DNA of 64,000 bases. It comes from Toensbergia leucococca. Taxonomy: Eukaryota. Position numbers and translations under genes: made by a program. The notes below the pieces were generated by a model, which saw only the letters and a program-made list of their open reading frames with translations, was not told where the DNA came from and made no database searches. How positions within the stretch are numbered: position 1 is the first letter of the stretch; each line of letters starts with the position of its first letter. Positions 14,126-26,764 of the stretch are shown piece after piece. The stretch covers positions 62,001 to 126,000 of the forward strand of contig JALDZS010000050.1 of NCBI GenBank assembly GCA_022813965.1, read 5' to 3'.

Positions 14126-15232
14126 CTAGTCCTCGATCCACCTCGAGACCACCTTCATCTCCCACCCCCCCCAATTGACACTCTTACTAACGCGCGGTTG
14201 CGCGCCGACAGGCTTCTTGAGGATACCCTTCAAAGCAGAAGGCTCCTGTGACTTGACGAAGCTGCCGGAGTAAAAGATTGGAACCGCATCGACGTCGTGG
14301 TATCTTGTCGCTCTAGGAGCGGACGGCGTCGATAGCGATTGGGGAGATGTTGGCCTGCGGCCGACTGGACAAGGAACGACAGGGACCTTGCTCTCGACAA
14401 CGTTGGGCTTGACTGACGTTGGAGCAGATGATTGGCCGAGACCTATTGATGTTAGTAAGATGGTCACATCATACTGGGTACTCGATGGCTTACCCTGTTG
14501 ACGTCCCTTGCGAGCTTCCAGTCGGGCCATGACTTGCTCAGAGTACGTCAGTTGTGCCGAAGGATTGACATGCTCGATAACCTGGAACTTGGTTGGAGCA
14601 CCTGGGCGGACAACGAGAGGTACTGTAATGTGTTAGTAGATGACCAAGGTATACCAGGTATACGACCACCTACCTTGCTGACGGGGCAGGACAGCGGCAG
14701 CGGCGGGCAACGTAGAAGCTCGAGCACTTGGACGGTCGGCAATGCTTGTCTTGACTGAGCTTGACTTGGTGACAGAAGGCAGGTTGCTCTTCCGTAGCAT
14801 TGTTCGGACCGGGGGATTGCCTAATTCGGACTCAGAGTCAGTTGAGTGGTAAAAAAGTAAACAAAAAAAATAAACAAAGGGACTTTGGTGGAATCGAGGT
14901 GGAGACAGTGAGGTAAAGATAGTGAGGTAAAGATAGTGAGGTAAAGACAGTGAGGTAAAGGGATATGGCTTACCTTGCTGGCGAGCTTCTCGTGCGGATC
15001 GACGAGCTGCGCACGATGCTGCAATACGCTCCATAGCTTCGTCATACCTCGATGTCGCGGACTTGACTGGGTGCGACATCACCTCAGGACGAGGTTGAGG
15101 TTGACTGGCTGCTTTGCGTGCTGCACAACGTGCGAGAACAGACTCAGTACCCGACGGCATGGCGGAAGATTGACGAGCTGCCGTACGGGCTGCACAACGT
15201 GCGAGAATAGCTTTGGATGGTGAGAGAGACAT
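14126..15232 (-). CDS. Orphan low-complexity protein (283 aa) with C-terminal SILK and RVxF-type motifs; exons 15232-14974, 14820-14674, 14622-14494, 14442-14126
   Basis: Three phase-1 GT-AG introns with CTRAC branch points join into one open 852-nt frame, MSLSPSKAILARCAAR...ALKGILKKPVGAQPRVSKSVNWGGWEMKVVSRWIED*. Upstream TATAAG and a pyrimidine-rich leader on the minus strand near 15330. Confidence 0.75.
14907..14960. repeat. 14-bp minisatellite AGTGAGGTAAAGAY x ~4 inside intron 1 of the orphan gene
   Basis: Directly visible tandem copies at 14907, 14921, 14935, 14949. Confidence 0.9.
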
Positions 15233-15694
15233 TGAGAATGATGTGAGTGATGTGAGGTAGAAGATAGCCAAATGAGTTGCTAAGGAGAAAAAAAAAAAGG
15301 AAAGGAATCGGGGGGGAAGAGGTTTCTTATACCCAATGCTGGGTCTACGGGTAACAAGTGTGATCGATTGTTGTGACCATTGTTGGGACCGGTGACTATT
15401 GAGTTTTGAGCATGTTATGAGCATGTGTATGGACTATTTGCGCTGCGAAGATGTGAGGGAAGGAGCGTTCTCGCCGGATTTTCGCCACCCTGGGACCGAG
15501 GAAAAACAACTACCCTGAGGCCGACGAGGATCGAGCGAGGAGAGGGCCTGGCTGCAGAGAAAAGCGAATGGAGATGTCGAAACGATCCATCTATTGAATC
15601 TCCTTGACCTCTTGATCAAGCAACTCTTGGGATCGATGTGGTGGGCGTGGTTTGTATATCCTACCAGCAAAGGATTGCTCGAGGACCAATATTT

Positions 15695-15955
15695 GTAAGT
15701 GCTAAGAATCATGGAATCTTCCCACTGCAATCTGCGAGACTCCTTTCATTCCTATATGCTAATTGAGTGGGTAGCAGTATCGGATTCGCTGTTCCTGAAC
15801 CTCTATGACTATCTCCTACGAAGCCTCATTCGATGACAACAAGGGTACAAATACAGCATTAGGGAATCTTTTCACTACACACTGCGAGATTGATCTTCTC
15901 TCCTATATGCTAATTGAGTGTCCAAGCTGTATCAGATTCACTATTCTCAATCCCA
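15695..15955 (+). repeat. Two-copy ~150-bp degenerate direct repeat with intron-like signals
   Basis: GGAATCTT...CTGCGAGA...TCCTATATGCTAATTGAGTG...GTATCRGATTCRCTRTTC occurs twice about 150 bp apart. The first copy begins with GTAAGT (15695) and has GCTAAT then TAG/CAG. Confidence 0.7.
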
Positions 15956-18936
15956 AGATTCAGCCTATTCACAAAAACTCATTCGTCCTTTAAAACTCCA
16001 CTGAATGCCCTATCCTCTTTTCACCTATAAGCCTACCCTAATACCTTACATTGGGACTCCGGAATATATACTATAAGAGAGGATCCTCAGGGATAAGGTA
16101 CAGCAAGTTTGTTAGAGACGCTAGCGAAGGGCAGAGAACCCAGTAGGCTAACGAGGATTAGGCATTCACCTCTCCTCCAATCATCACTCTGATCCTATCG
16201 TCAGATCTACCATAATTCTTTCTACCAATTCGTCGTCCGTCCAGCGACGTCCCAGTTTTCGGTCCACCTCTTCTTTTACTACGATTTCCTACCTTCCCTC
16301 AACCTCTCACCAAATAAGCCTAGACCTCTCGGACCAAAGAGCCAAGAAGAATGCAGTCGAGTGAGAAATGGTGGAATGAGGAAAAGGGGCTACGATATAC
16401 ATCATGAAGACCTTGGTGTGATTAGCAAATACCTCCATCGCCCTTGGGCCCTACTGAAAAGACAGAGAAAACAACGGATGCAGCTAGCTCATTTAACTAC
16501 ACAGACAGCAAATCCAAATGTCTTTGAAGGGTACTGCTGTATGCTTCGTGGTATACGAGCCAGCTTCTACCTATATTGTTACAACGGTCGTCTACTAGCC
16601 AATCAAAAAATACCCATAGACCGGATTATCATAGCCGAGCTCTATCTCTTAAGTAAGACCACGACCACACACCTCCGCCATAGCTCCCCCATACCCCATC
16701 CAAGAGCCGGAAATAATTCTTACTGATAGATCCACCACAAGACAACTCATAATAGATCAACACGTGACTCAAAAGCGTCACTGACTAAGCTGTCCTATAG
16801 AAGTTTCTGATAGACAAACTCATTCGTCTTGCTATTGATTTGCAGGTCAATCATACATAGCAATCTCTCAACCCTTTACAAAACACACTAAACATGCTCT
16901 TTCTTCATCATAACAACAGTCATTTAAAGCAGCTAATGAAGACAAAACCCAAAAATGAATATGAGAGACCCTGATTCAAAAAAAAACCACATTCAAAAGC
17001 TAAATCAGATTCAAATAACTACCTAAACTCAGACCTAACTCATCTCAAAGCTAACAAAAACTCAGACTCACGCCAGTAAAGCTCAATGCAGCAACCCTCT
17101 CTAGCAAAAACTCCGACGCGTTCCCAATTACTCCGAGACAGGAAGGAACTAATCCCTAAAATCATAACATCTCAACACCTCATTTTGATAACCTGACACC
17201 CACCCCTATCCTACCCAATTAGGCAACAGTATTATGTAAGGTAGGACGCGATGTAGCACAGGCAATCATCGCGATTTCTCACCACATTTACACCTCCTAC
17301 ATCTCTGCCTCATGTGCATGCCATACAGAAGCAAGCTTTTACCTCGGGAATCCTCGTGGGGTTTCCACCTCATTTCCGACTCAATTTCCAACCCCATTTT
17401 GACTCAATTTCGGACCCTTATCACCTACCTCCCTACCTTCTCACCTACCTTACCTATCGCACATCCCGTCCTCACCTCCATCAGTCATGAATCAAATTCT
17501 CACCTTTATCCGGCGCCGGGGGCGAGGGCGATGGCGAGGGTGAAGCAGACAAGGTATGAGGGCTGGTGAGGTAAAAGAAGGAGATCATGCTATTCCGGTG
17601 CCTGACAAGCTATCTACAGCGTCCAGCATATAAATAATTCAGAAACGTAGATATAGCTCGCAAGAAATTGCAATGTTTTAACACTATGAGAAGGTAAGAG
17701 GAATCGAGTCCGGAATGTGATACAAAAGCCATACTTTTCCTTCTAGATAAATTGACGTCTAGAAGGCACGCGAAATGGAACAAGTTATCGGCTAGCATAG
17801 TGATAAAGAATCAAGTTACTAACATGGTATGAAAAATCATGATAATTCCCTACGCGCTTGAGATGCGCACTGTTGCCTAATCAGGTAGTGGTAAAGGGTG
17901 GGGGGGGGGGGTGTCAGAATATCAAAATAGAATGTCGGGATATTTAGGACTTTGAGTTAATATGATGAGGAGAGTGAGCAGGAAAGAGATTAGAGTAAAT
18001 GAAGAAAATAAGATTGAATAGAGATGAAAAAAAGGCAGAGAATGAAAAAGAAAAGAGAGAGGTTGTGAGAGATAAAATCAATAAAGAAGAAGAAGAAAAG
18101 ATCCTCAAACCAATCCCCAACAAACCCCCAAAAAACCACTCCAACTCAAATCTCAAACCTCAAACCTCAAACCCCTCAACCCCCCCCCCCCTCAAATCCA
18201 AACCCCAAACCCTCAACCCCCCCATCCCTCAAAAAAAAAATAAAAATCCAAACCTCAAGACCTCATACCTCCCTCTCACATTCCTCATTCCCCTTCCCCT
18301 TCAGCCTCAACACCCTCAACACCCTCACAAAAAAAAAAAAGAACACAGCTCAAGAGCAACAGAAAAGGGGAGCACTCATCCCCTGAGGGAGGACAGAGCT
18401 ACAAAGTCAGTTGTGTGAATATTGTAGATAAGTCTACCTATTGAATCAAATGTGGGAGGGGGGTGGGAGCAGCTCGCTCGGTTCAATTCCAATGACATTT
18501 CCATCACGATGCAAAAAAATATGATATTAAAAAACGCAAAGATGTGACAGGGGCTGCGGGTTTTGAAATATGAGCTGATGGGTCGGGTCGGGTCCCAATG
18601 GTTTTAATAGAAAGATGGGGAAAGATAGCTGCAACAGTAGAAGTAGTTCAAAAGCACAACAGGCTTTATACCAATTTGATCATATACCCACCTCTCATCT
18701 ACAGAATTGTAAACAGTCGCATCTAATCTTTTGCATCCTCCTCTCCAGCATTGACGATGCCATGAACCCGTATCTCTTCATACAGATGACGTTTACCTCG
18801 CTACACCAAGCCAATGATAGTACATACAGCCGCCCCTTGGCTTTTTCCGGTCCTTTCAGACTCCAACCATGCTCGCTAAATGCATTGATAAGTGCCACCC
18901 TCCCTGTCGCACCTAGCCAGTGCTTTTTCGAAAGCG

Positions 18937-19938
18937 TTATTCGTCCTTTGCGTCGTCTTTCACAGATGATGGGGGCGTGGGAAGTATCCCAGTGATTGCA
19001 GCCTGTTCGTCGAAGCCCCTAATAAATATTTCATCGAACGGCCTGGATTTACTGCCCGCGTATTTCCGGTATCTATGTTCATAGGTTTAATAGGGGCTTT
19101 CTCGAATCATAAGGCGGGGATAGCATACTCAGTGATTATTGAATCCATGGGCCACTCATTAATCTTACGATAGCAAGCCACGATGCAACCTGTTCTATGC
19201 TGATCAAAGAGTTAGCTCAATGTAGCGAATATGGAAGATCTGAGAACGTTAGAGTATTCCGTACCTTGCCCTTATTGCAGTGAATCAGTATGGGGTGGTT
19301 GCGACGATCTTGTATAATTCCAAGAGCGCGTGCAATATCGGAAGAAGGTATGACAACGAAAGGATTCTTATTAGCTGGGATGGGTATCTGGAAATGCTGA
19401 ATGCCATGCTCTCTCATGAAATCAGCATTCTCCGTTGGATAATCTCCAGACACGAGGGTTCTTTGAGACTATCAGCTTCCCAAGCCCGAGCATGATGCGT
19501 TTAGTTCTTACAGAATTGTTCTAAGACCAAGAGATTCTAGGTGCTCAAAATTACCAAACCCTGGGAAATTGCTTCGGTAGATGTCTTGTTCTACTACTCC
19601 GAAGTTGCCTAGAGGGCCTATGGTCGGTGATGGCGGCTCACTCATATGAAGGCTGCCCGATAAACCACCAGGTGGAGACGGAGGTTGACTGGTTTCGATA
19701 CTGCTCGTAGTTGAGAATGCCCCTATGACATCAAATATTTAGTTTCAATATTCCAAAGTATGATGGGATTAATAGAACTCCGTCGAGTCAAACTTTTGAA
19801 CAGCAGAGGCAAGGCTTAATTACCTTGATGAATGCGACTTCCTTGCTGTCCGTTTCCATGCAGGTGCTGTGTGAATTTCGAGGAGGATATAAGATGTTCG
19901 TGGTGCTCCAGAATCGTCTGATGCATTTCGGAGTCCAT
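18937..19938 (-). CDS. Siw14/Oca-family atypical dual-specificity (inositol pyrophosphate) phosphatase, multi-exon
   Basis: NFGVVEQDIYRSNFP...LGLRTIL, NHPILIHCNKGK|HRTGC catalytic loop, YRKYAGSKSRPFD. Confidence 0.9.
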
Positions 19939-21118
19939 TGCGATACTTGTGACAGCTCTTATACTGGAAGGCGGCTATCCAGCACAGAGGCCTGGTGCAC
20001 AGAGTATCAATGTATTCAAGAAGTCGGATGTGAGAGTTGGTTGTAGAACGGCCGAGGGCGGAGGGTCTAGCAAGGTAGAACTCAGGCAGTATAATGCATC
20101 TGAGGCTAGAGGATATAGCGGTATAGCTATTGTAGGAGGACAGTTGGAGAATCCAAAAATCTAATCCAAACGGAGTTGCTTCACTGGCAACGACATCTTC
20201 CACGAGAGTGTCTGGTACAGAGAGGTTTCTGTATCATGTCCATATTAGTTGGTGGGAAAAGGGAGTAGCCGTACAGCTTTGAATGTGTGTTTTCCATGGA
20301 GAGAGTGAGGTGGAGGGAGAGAAGAAGAAGTCGAGAAATGAGGGACAGTCTTGTAGTAGTTGAAGATTTAAAGATTCGCCGACAGCTGTTAGCCAGATTA
20401 TGCTTCTGTGCATGACTTTCGATTGCCAAGGAGCTAGCAGTGTTATTTACGGAAATATAACGTCATCCTTGACTGCAGAAGAACACGCTGTAAATTACAA
20501 CCAAGGTTTCGCAATGTATTCAATTGAGGGGTGATGATTTTTGCTGATGTCTACCTATTTGTCTCTAAAATCTGTTGACCTGTGACAAAACAATCGAATT
20601 CGTTCTTGATGGGAAATTTATTCAGATCTCGGAAGTGCCCGGAATTTGGTACTACTTCGGTGTATTTGTTTACCATAGCCGTTCGAAAAATTCTCTGGAA
20701 TCGTTCATCCGTGAGATTCTTCATTTAGGCTGCATACCTCGATAGGTGGTCATTTGCCGTTGTGAAAAGCATGAATCACACGCCTATGAACCTACCCCCA
20801 CACTATTCCTCTTTTCCCTCATTAATCGGAACCGTGCCTTTACATAAATACGCCAAGGCGTGAAGTGTTTGGTACATCATGTGTTTGGTATTGACGTGTT
20901 CGTTCACACACATCTCTCATACATATGACTCGTGCGGGCACCTGAAGCTCTCCGTGAGTACTTCGTCCATAGTTGGGGATATTTCTCCAATACGTAAACA
21001 AAATATCTTGCCCATGAAGTTTTCAGGAGCAATCGTGTTGAATTAGGTTCCTTGATCTAATTGCTAGACCCTTGTTGAATTTTGCTTCGGCAGTTGCCAA
21101 TAATGTGACAAATTCACT

Positions 21119-22393
21119 CTACTGCATCGGTACTGCATTCAATCTCTTTCTGGCAGCATCTCTCGCTTCCTGTGCTAGCAAAGCATCCATTACTACGAGA
21201 GCAGCCATTGCTTCCACAATAGGCACTGCTCGTGGCACAACACATGGGTCATGTCTACCTTTTGCCTCTAGGATGCCCTCCTGGCTATCATACATGGCCG
21301 TCGTCTGCGCCTGACCTATCGTCGCCGGAGGCTTGAATGCGACACGGAAATATATGGGTGCCCCATTGGAGATTCCCCCTTGGACACCTCCAGAATTGTT
21401 GGTTTTTGTAGTCAGACGTACGCCGTTCGTGTAGCTGGCAGCACCGGATTGCGACGGTAGTACAACAGGTGAGAGTATAAAGGCATCATTGTGGATAGAC
21501 CCAGGTACTTCGCAGCCGCCAAAGCCGGAACCAATCTCAAAGCCTTTTGTTGAAGGTATGCTTAGCATAGCATGGGCGAGCATAGCTTCTAATTTATCGA
21601 AGCATGGCTCACCAATACTAGCAGGGGGTTTCTTGATGACACAAGTGACGGTGCCACCGATGCTGTCTTTTTGATCGCGGTAAGATATGATTTTTGAGGC
21701 CATCCGTTGAGAAGCTTCTTCGTTAGGACATCGGACTGGGAGGAATGAGTCGACTTCGGCTCGGGTGATTGTAGAGATGAGATCGAGAAAAACAGGATTG
21801 GTAGAGGGAGTGGGATGTATGGGTGTTGGCGGGAAGAGATGCTCGTTCCCAACGGATGAAACAAAGGCCACTATTTCTACTCCATGAGCCAGTGATAGGT
21901 ATTTTTCCGCAATGGCTCCAGCTGCCACCCGTCCAATTGTCTCCCGGGCGCTGCTTCTGCCTCCACCGCTGCTCGCTTTGACGCCGTACTTTTGCTGGTA
22001 GGTGTAATCGGCATGACTAGGCCGGGGGAATTTGTCCATTGTACTTCCTCCATAGTCCTTGGGCCTTTGGTCCTCATTTTTGACAATCAAGGCTATCGGT
22101 GTCCCAAGAGTGACTCCAAATTCGGTTCCTGATTGTATTTGTACTCGATCCTTCTCATCTCGTGGGGTTGTAAGGGCACTTTGACCAGGGCGTCGTCTGG
22201 TCATTTGTGGTTGGATGTCGTCTTCTGTAAGTTTCATACCGGGGGGACAGCCATCGACTATGCATCCTACAGACAGGCAGTGGGATTCGCCGTAGCTATT
22301 GGATTTCAGCTTCTGGGTTGTGTAGAGCTTGTCTCAGGAAGTAGAAGCAATATCATACGTGGTGACTCTAAAGTGTTCCCCGAACGTTGACAT
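21119..22393 (-). CDS. ARO2: Chorismate synthase, 2 exons
   Basis: [65 protein letters not shown]. Confidence 0.97.
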
Positions 22394-22633
22394 GGCAGCT
22401 TCTTGGTACTGGAGATCAGTCTTTGATAATTAGCATCATGTGGCAGAAAGTGAGAATTCCCGTTTGGTCCTGCGTAAATGAGATTATCTCCTCGGGGTAG
22501 AATAATTGAAGATCATCTCCAACTTTTGTGCAGGGATTTAAATATTCTATCCCGAATCAAAGCCCAAATCCTTCGTCATACTCATAAATGCGGTATCATT
22601 ACAGTAACTTCCATCTCAGAGGAAGAGCACTGT

Positions 22634-24170
22634 ATGCCTCACTTTTGGCCATCTCCATCTTTATTTCGACTGTCGTATTTGAACACCCTTACTTGCCTTC
22701 TGAGAGTCCCATCAAGGCGCCTGTCGCTATTCAATTCCCCTACTTTCTCGGACTTGATTGCAAGTCCGACCTCTAAACACCAAATTTACATCTCCCAAAG
22801 TAACGATCCATTCGTTAACCTCTCAATTGAGCATTTCCTACTCCAAAAATCCCATGTGTTGTCGACTGTGCTTTTCCTGTACGTCAATAGGCCCTGTGTG
22901 GTCATTGGAAGAAATCAGAATCCATGGCTGGAAGTCAATTTAAATTTAATTGGGAGACCCGCACCGTCGCAGATGCATGGCTACCAGACAGGCCAATACC
23001 TGAGTAATGTGCATCTAGTAAGGAGACGGTCTGGAGGCGGTACTGTTTTTCACGACGACGGCAATGTCAATTATAGTGTTATATGTCCTACAGCAGACTT
23101 TACTCGCGACAAACATGCTGAAATGGTGGTACGAGCTATAAGGAAAAACAACCCGAGAGCACGCGTAAATGAAAGACATGATATTGTCCTTGATCACAGT
23201 GTTTTGCAAGATGAGAGATATTGGCCAGAAGCAGACGACATGCATAAGACTCGATATTCTCATTTGGACGATAGATTTCCATCGGTCAAGGTGTCAGGAT
23301 CGGCATACAAATTGACCAGGCAGAGATCACTTCACCATGGTACATGCTTGCTCTCGTCTCCGAATCTGGGAAGCATCTCACAGTATTTGCATTCTCCAGC
23401 GAGGCCTTATATGAAAGCTCGAGGTGTAGAGAGCGTTCGCTCATTGGTAGGGAATGTCTATGAGAAGTCCGCAACACCCAGTTCAGACTCAATCCAAGTT
23501 TTTCAGCGTCAGGTGATGGATGAGTTTACAGAGCTGTACGCAATTAGCAAAAAAGTGTTAGCTCCATTCTCAACTTCTGCTCTTCAGCCAAAACTGCACG
23601 CGGATGGTGAATGGACCTCTGGTTATGTGGGAGAAAGTGTGACAGATATTGCGGAAATTCGGGCTGGAACTGAAGAACTCAAGGTAAATGGTTCATGCCA
23701 TCTCCATCCATCCGACTCGTATCCTTAAACATGCTAGTCTCTTGAATGGACTTATGAACAGACGCCACAATTCACTATTTCGAGTCATCCATCCGAAGAA
23801 GATGACAGAGAACGGCCGCCATTGTTAGGCATACCGACCTCGGTATGTGCAAATCATATCTCCTGCCTCCAGATTGACAGAAGCTCGCGCATTTCATGAG
23901 CTAATAGAACCATTAACATAGGCCCGAATATCTCTCAATGTCAAATCGGGCATTATTACCTCTTCCAGAATAAGTCTGTCCGCAGACCAAGACGTTGTTC
24001 TTGCCGACATAGAAACATTTCACAAGCTCCTAACAGGGACAAAGATACACGAAATCTCCTCGTTTGCTAAAGCTCTGGACGTCACTAAGTCCGGAAAGCG
24101 TAACGAAACCTCCAAAGTCGCAGCGTGGCTCGACAGCATGTTCGGAAAATCGAATGGCCATAGCAGATAA
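22634..24170 (+). CDS. AIM22: Lipoate-protein ligase A (mitochondrial), 3 exons
   Basis: [56 protein letters not shown]; later exon [12 protein letters not shown]. Start codon is approximate. Confidence 0.92.
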
Positions 24171-24189
24171 GTCTTGGATCCTAAGCTCT

Positions 24190-25629
24190 TCAAGTTTTCT
24201 TTGGTGGCGTCAGAGCTTTCCACCAATCCCCATGTGTAGCAGTGAGGTCTGTTTCTGTGGCGCTCCTAGCTTTGAAACTCATATCTCTCAATTCCTCACA
24301 TTCTCTTACCATTTCTTCTACCGAGGGCATGTAGCGCTTCAGCTCAACAAAGGCTTTGTTCCAGATATCCTTGTCTCCTTCAAAACAGTCGTCGGTTTCG
24401 AGACCCAATTTTTCCTTCATCTTTGCGTCTAACAAATCTGCATGACCATCCATGCAGAAGTCGACGATCTTCCTTCCCTCAGCAGCATACAATACATACA
24501 AAGCCTCCAGAGAGCACCTCAAGTATTCATAGAGTCTCATATCGGAATGACTGTGGATGTGTTTCTTGCCACGATTCCAAGTTTCGTCATCGGTGTTAAG
24601 CCATGAAAACAATGTCTTTCGTACCAGCAGGCGAGTCGTAACAATTAAGATTTTCAACTCCTCCATCTCATCAACAAGGAAATCAAGATCGTGGATGGCT
24701 TGTTGAATGGACAGTGGAGTCTCGTCTGAGTCTACTGGAGCTACAGCTGAGATGCGGCAGCTGGACACAGGAAAGCTTTCTGGCTTAACGTTGAGCTCGT
24801 CAGGGATGCTTCGGGTGATGTCTCTCATGCTTTCTATAGCTTCGAGCTAAAGTCGACGCCATTCAGCCACTGCTGCGTCAATACCCGTCTTTTTGACTTC
24901 TCTCTTTGATTTTTTCTTGGCAGCTCGCTTTGTGAGCTTCTCGTTTTGACTCTTCATTTGCTGCTGGACTTCAGTCACGGTGTCGTTCGGGACAGGTCTC
25001 TTATGACGATCGTAATATGCTACTCCAACAGCGTCGTAAAGTTCCTTTTCGTAACCAAAGATCTTCTCAACGTTGAAGAGTTGAGCCGAGCAAAGACCGA
25101 AATCCAGAACATCAAGTGGGTGAAGCACTCGTGCCTTAATCAGGGTATCGCATCGCGCTGTCATACGATCCGACCAGGCAAGTTCAAGATTGAACGCATC
25201 TGGTCTCTGGTGCTCTACATCGGTCTTTAGATCCTTCATCCCTTGAAGCACGTGACCAAAAATTCCTTTCTCTATCTCAATCCACTCAGTCAAGCGATCA
25301 TCAACATAATCGATCTTAAAGGTAGTGGCTTTTGGATCATAATCATCCTCGTCTATTTTAGGATGGCGGACTGGCTGCGTTGAATGATCTCCGGCACACT
25401 TTGGTAGTTTACAATACGCTTCGAAAGACTTTGCGAGAGTTTCCAGCATCTCGTTTGTAACTTCTGCTTGGAGCTCGATTTCATCGGATTTCTCATCGGC
25501 CGGGACATCATCATCCTTTTGCCCGTTGTGGTCATGCTCACATCCGTGATGTTGGCATTCTGAACTCTGACCAAAGAATTTGTCCGTTTGCTGCTTCTCG
25601 CGCATTCTCTTCCTGGATCCTTGACCCAT
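24190..25629 (-). pseudogene. Unknown acidic/helical protein whose single reading frame is interrupted by one TAG (24847-24849); pseudogene, or intact through a small intron or recoding
   Basis: ORFs 24847-25629 and 24190-24828 are in the same frame, with ...WRRL*LEAIESMRDI... across the junction. Confidence 0.55.
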
Positions 25630-26764
25630 CTTGTGTACACTAGTTTGGTGCCTTGAAGGATGTTGAGTAGGGAAGGCGCGACTTTCTTTGAATTGAGCAG
25701 TGAACGTGATTTTGAAACTGTGTTGCCAAGGAAAAATGAGATGAAAGGCGCGAAATAAACGTTATCGTTGATGAGAAGGATGAAGGATGGCAGAAGTTGC
25801 AGTCAAAGATGATCGTTGTTGTTAAGTTTGTGGATTGGTGTTGATAATCTGAACCTAAGGCCCCATATCCGATAACACAACGCTCACCATCTGTATCATC
25901 ATCTGTCAATTTCAGAGGAACAGCGATCAAGAGCTCATTTTCATGCATGCCATTAGGGGATATCATCGTTCATGAACGTCTTGCCCCTATTCATTGATGG
26001 CAACCATGATGAGAATCATCTTACTTTTGTCTCATGGACAGCCATAAGGTTGTTAGGCTCTTATCTTGCTCATGTCTTGACTAATAACTAAGGCCTTATA
26101 CAGGATCAAGGAGGTTCTTACCTCTCCTCATACTTCTTTCAACGTATCATCCTACGCATCAGTCACACATGTATCAACACTGTTACACTCTCTTTGACAG
26201 AGTTGTCATCCCTATTGACGCCGCCCTTCCTCTCATCACTCCCTTTCACAGAAGCACTTATCACGGACGCAAAAACAAGATTGATAGACCTGTTCATCCC
26301 CATTTCCTTCAGCAGAAACTATGTGAAGCTCAGAGATAATCATCAAGTTTCTTGTGATAGCAACAACAATAAAAGCAAGAGACTAAGAAGCCAACCCCAC
26401 CACTGAAACCAGGTGAGAACTAAGAGATCAAGAAATCAAATCAACAGCTTTGTGAGCTCTAAGGGACTTCTCATCCTTGTACAAATTTCAAAAAATGTAT
26501 TTTCTATTCTAAAATAATTCATACATTCATGAACAGTGCCCTCCCGTTATCTGAGCCTATTGCTCATAGGTACAAACTCAAGGTGACTATATATATGACT
26601 CAAGTATTTATCAATGACATCTAACAAAACATCACTCTAACACAAGACCTTGAAGCAGAAATATTACAAACATCCCTCTCACCTAATTGTGACAAGTCCT
26701 TATTTACACAATCTTAAAGCACCTCAATCAACGTCTAGTTCACCTAAAGCTGCAACTCATCAGC

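Noticed and set aside
17999..18418. Lys/Pro-rich ORF and telomere-like C-rich repeats
   Set aside because: Homopolymer and CTCAAAC low-complexity sequence, not TTAGGG arrays. Similar to the spurious ORFs at 2208-2759 and 52116-52439.
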